DNA of 60,929 nt, counting the filler, from an uncultured bacterium (GTDB lineage Bacteria > CAYJOG01), in NCBI GenBank assembly GCA_964371695.1. It is 7 parts of 7 records of this genome, joined end to end, with 100 filler letters (N's around TTAATTAATTAA, not from the genome) between each part and the next. Parts side by side here need not be neighbours in the genome. Positions count along the whole stretch, not along the records: positions 52,403 to 60,929 come from CAYJOG010000099.1; 6 more parts are not named here. One strand, written 5' to 3'. Numbering within the stretch: position 1 is the first letter of the stretch; each line of letters begins with the position of its first letter. The notes beneath the pieces are model-generated. The model ran no database searches and was not told the DNA's origin. It saw only the letters and a list, made by a program, of their open reading frames with translations. The position numbers were made by a program, and so were the translations under genes. Below, one piece after another: positions 59,059-60,929 of this stretch.

Positions 59059-60929
59059 ACGTTCTTTTTTATGCAGAGGGCTATGTCTGGGACTGGCGCT
59101 GTGGGTGCTTGGGCTGGCCCCTGCCAGGGCTGCGGCTGAGACCGATTCTTCTGCAAAGACATCCGGCTTCATTGAGACCAAATCGATTTCCGCCGATGAA
59201 AAAACACTGACCCTCAAAATGCTCGCCCAGGTGGCTTTTACGGAAGATGCCGACGGGCAGCCAGATGTGATTTTTGCCCTGGAAGACGGACGTTTGACGA
59301 TGCGCATGAAGGTGTTGGTGGACTTTTTGGCCAGCGAGAACCTGCTGGTGGTGTCTGAGGACCGCTCCGGCAGAATGGTTCTCCGCTTTCAGGAGTTCAT
59401 AGAGTTTTTCCCGGAACAGGACACAACACCCACCCTTGAGCCAGACACGTCCTTTTCGCTGAAAGACAACCGCCTGGTGCTGCGCGCCACGGTGACGGTG
59501 CCGTTTACAGAAGAACCGGGGATGCTGAAAATTTCTCTGCCTGCGGATGGCCCATTGCCGGAATCAACCGTGGCGACGGTGGAATTGAAATTTCACCACA
59601 CCGTGGCGTTTGAGGGTGAACCCGCCGCGCCTGAAATCACCCTGTCCCCGGAAACCGGCACCGGCCCCGCCACCGCCGGGCCGCTCACGCTCAACTTTTC
59701 GCACACCGTTGATTTCACTCCGACACAAAAAGCCGCCGAAGCCCAACCCACCGAAGCCACCGGGCTTCTGGTGTCAGACAAACCCCTGGCGCGGGGCGGC
59801 GTGGTGCGCCTGGGCGCGGGCGAACTGGACCGGGGCAAACTGAAGGTGGCCCTGACGCTTGCGCCAGAAAGGGAACTCCCCAAAGAAATCACCGTAACGG
59901 TGGGCAGTGAAACATCCCGTCTGAACAAAGAACCATGGACAGCGCTGGTGGCGGCGGAAGCCCCCCCCACAGAGGTGACGTGGCAGCGTTTTGTGGTGGC
60001 GGGCAAAAATCACGACAGCCTTGAGGGTGAACTTTTTCTGAACCCGGACCTGTTGATGGGCGAGCGCCAGATCGCCATTCAGGGCACATTTGACACAGAC
60101 CGGCAGGAAAGGGAATTGCCCCTCAGCATTACCGCCCGGCGGGCCGATGGCTCGGACGCAACGCTTTGGGACGGCACGGTGGTGTTGCAGGGCCCGGCGG
60201 TGGCCAAGGTGCAGGTGAGCACCGACGGCGGCGGCCGGTGGACAGACAGCCCGGACCAATCCGCCGCCACCTTGGCCCTCTCTCCGCAGGACCGCCGCGA
60301 ATATGAAATTCAGGCCAGGGTGACCGACGAACTGGGCAATGACCATCTTTTCCCGGATCGCCCGGTCAAGGTCCGTTACAGCGCCAAACGGTTTGAAGAA
60401 CAGGTGCGGGCACGATTTGCCGAAGTCGTCGCCGCCTATAACAACCAGGACCGCCCTGGTCTGGTGATGCTGATCGGCGAAGATTTCCGTTCCAATCTCA
60501 CCTCACTTCGCACAAAGCAGGAAATGGAGGACGCCCTTTCATCCAGGTTCCTGTGCTGTCCGGGCCGGGTCACCACCTCCATTCAAAGTGTGGTGACCGA
60601 AAGCACCGGCAAACGGGCCACGGTTTATTTTTCCTGGACCTCCAGAAGCGACCTGGGCGAAGCCACAGCGCCGGGGCAGTGGCAGTTCACCAGAGATGAA
60701 ACGCTGGGTGATTATCTGCTGAGCAACCTTGAAGAAGCCGTGAGTTTTTTCTCTTATGACGCCACGGTAACCAAGCTGACGTTGCAGGCAGACGCCCAGA
60801 CGCTGCCCGCCGACAACCAGACCATCGTGCGGCTTTCCGGCACCGCCACCGGCCCGGCGGGCCTGCCCGTGGCCAACGACACACGCCTGGAAATCCGTGC
60901 CGAGGGCGGCACGGCCCCCGCCTCTGTGC
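59042..60929 (+). CDS. Secreted multidomain protein (Ig-like, NTF2-like, Big_1-like), 3' truncated; absent from the ORF track
   Basis: GGAGGTG SD and TTG 59042; MPKLSERSFLCRGLCLGLALWVLGLAPARA signal; no stop to window end; KVQVSTDGGGRW..YEIQARVTDELGN, RFAEVVAAYNNQD..LIGEDF, TLQADAQTLPADNQT. Confidence 0.8.
   Translation, partial: MPKLSERSFLCRGLCLGLALWVLGLAPARAAAETDSSAKTSGFIETKSISADEKTLTLKMLAQVAFTEDADGQPDVIFALEDGRLTMRMKVLVDFLASENLLVVSEDRSGRMVLRFQEFIEFFPEQDTTPTLEPDTSFSLKDNRLVLRATVTVPFTEEPGMLKISLPADGPLPESTVATVELKFHHTVAFEGEPAAPEITLSPETGTGPATAGPLTLNFSHTVDFTPTQKAAEAQPTEATGLLVSDKPLARGGVVRLGAGELDRGKLKVALTLAPERELPKEITVTVGSETSRLNKEPWTALVAAEAPPTEVTWQRFVVAGKNHDSLEGELFLNPDLLMGERQIAIQGTFDTDRQERELPLSITARRADGSDATLWDGTVVLQGPAVAKVQVSTDGGGRWTDSPDQSAATLALSPQDRREYEIQARVTDELGNDHLFPDRPVKVRYSAKRFEEQVRARFAEVVAAYNNQDRPGLVMLIGEDFRSNLTSLRTKQEMEDALSSRFLCCPGRVTTSIQSVVTESTGKRATVYFSWTSRSDLGEATAPGQWQFTRDETLGDYLLSNLEEAVSFFSYDATVTKLTLQADAQTLPADNQTIVRLSGTATGPAGLPVANDTRLEIRAEGGTAPASV

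Overview
This is GC-rich Gram-negative bacterial DNA (lpxB, lipid A acyltransferase, flhB, pilB/pilC). It is not one locus: seven roughly 8.6-kb contigs in descending length order are joined by artificial N/TTAATTAATTAA/N linkers at 8737-8836, 17567-17666, 26267-26366, 34961-35060, 43649-43748 and 52303-52402. There are also internal gaps at 4103-4202, 16819-16828 and 39250-39307. Gene neighbourhood is meaningful only within a contig. Housekeeping genes include rimO, prfB with its programmed +1 frameshift, thiL-tsaE-DUF167, maf, sppA, a Ski2/HelY-like helicase and a thioredoxin. Three loci encode giant secreted repeat proteins. The intergenic DNA is packed with palindromic repeats: three MITE-like families sharing a subterminal palindrome, and three REP-like families. 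The best leads are (i) an operon of a giant FN3-like repeat protein, a predicted outer-membrane beta-barrel and an Ig/NTF2-like protein missing from the ORF track; (ii) a C-terminal C-x5-PPS..TP.GGI tail shared by two adjacent secreted proteins; (iii) palindromic elements inserted in frame in N-terminal coding regions; and (iv) a membrane domain fused to an alpha-carbonic anhydrase. No rRNA, tRNA, CRISPR array or transposase gene was recognised. All calls come from motif reading by eye; no searches were run.
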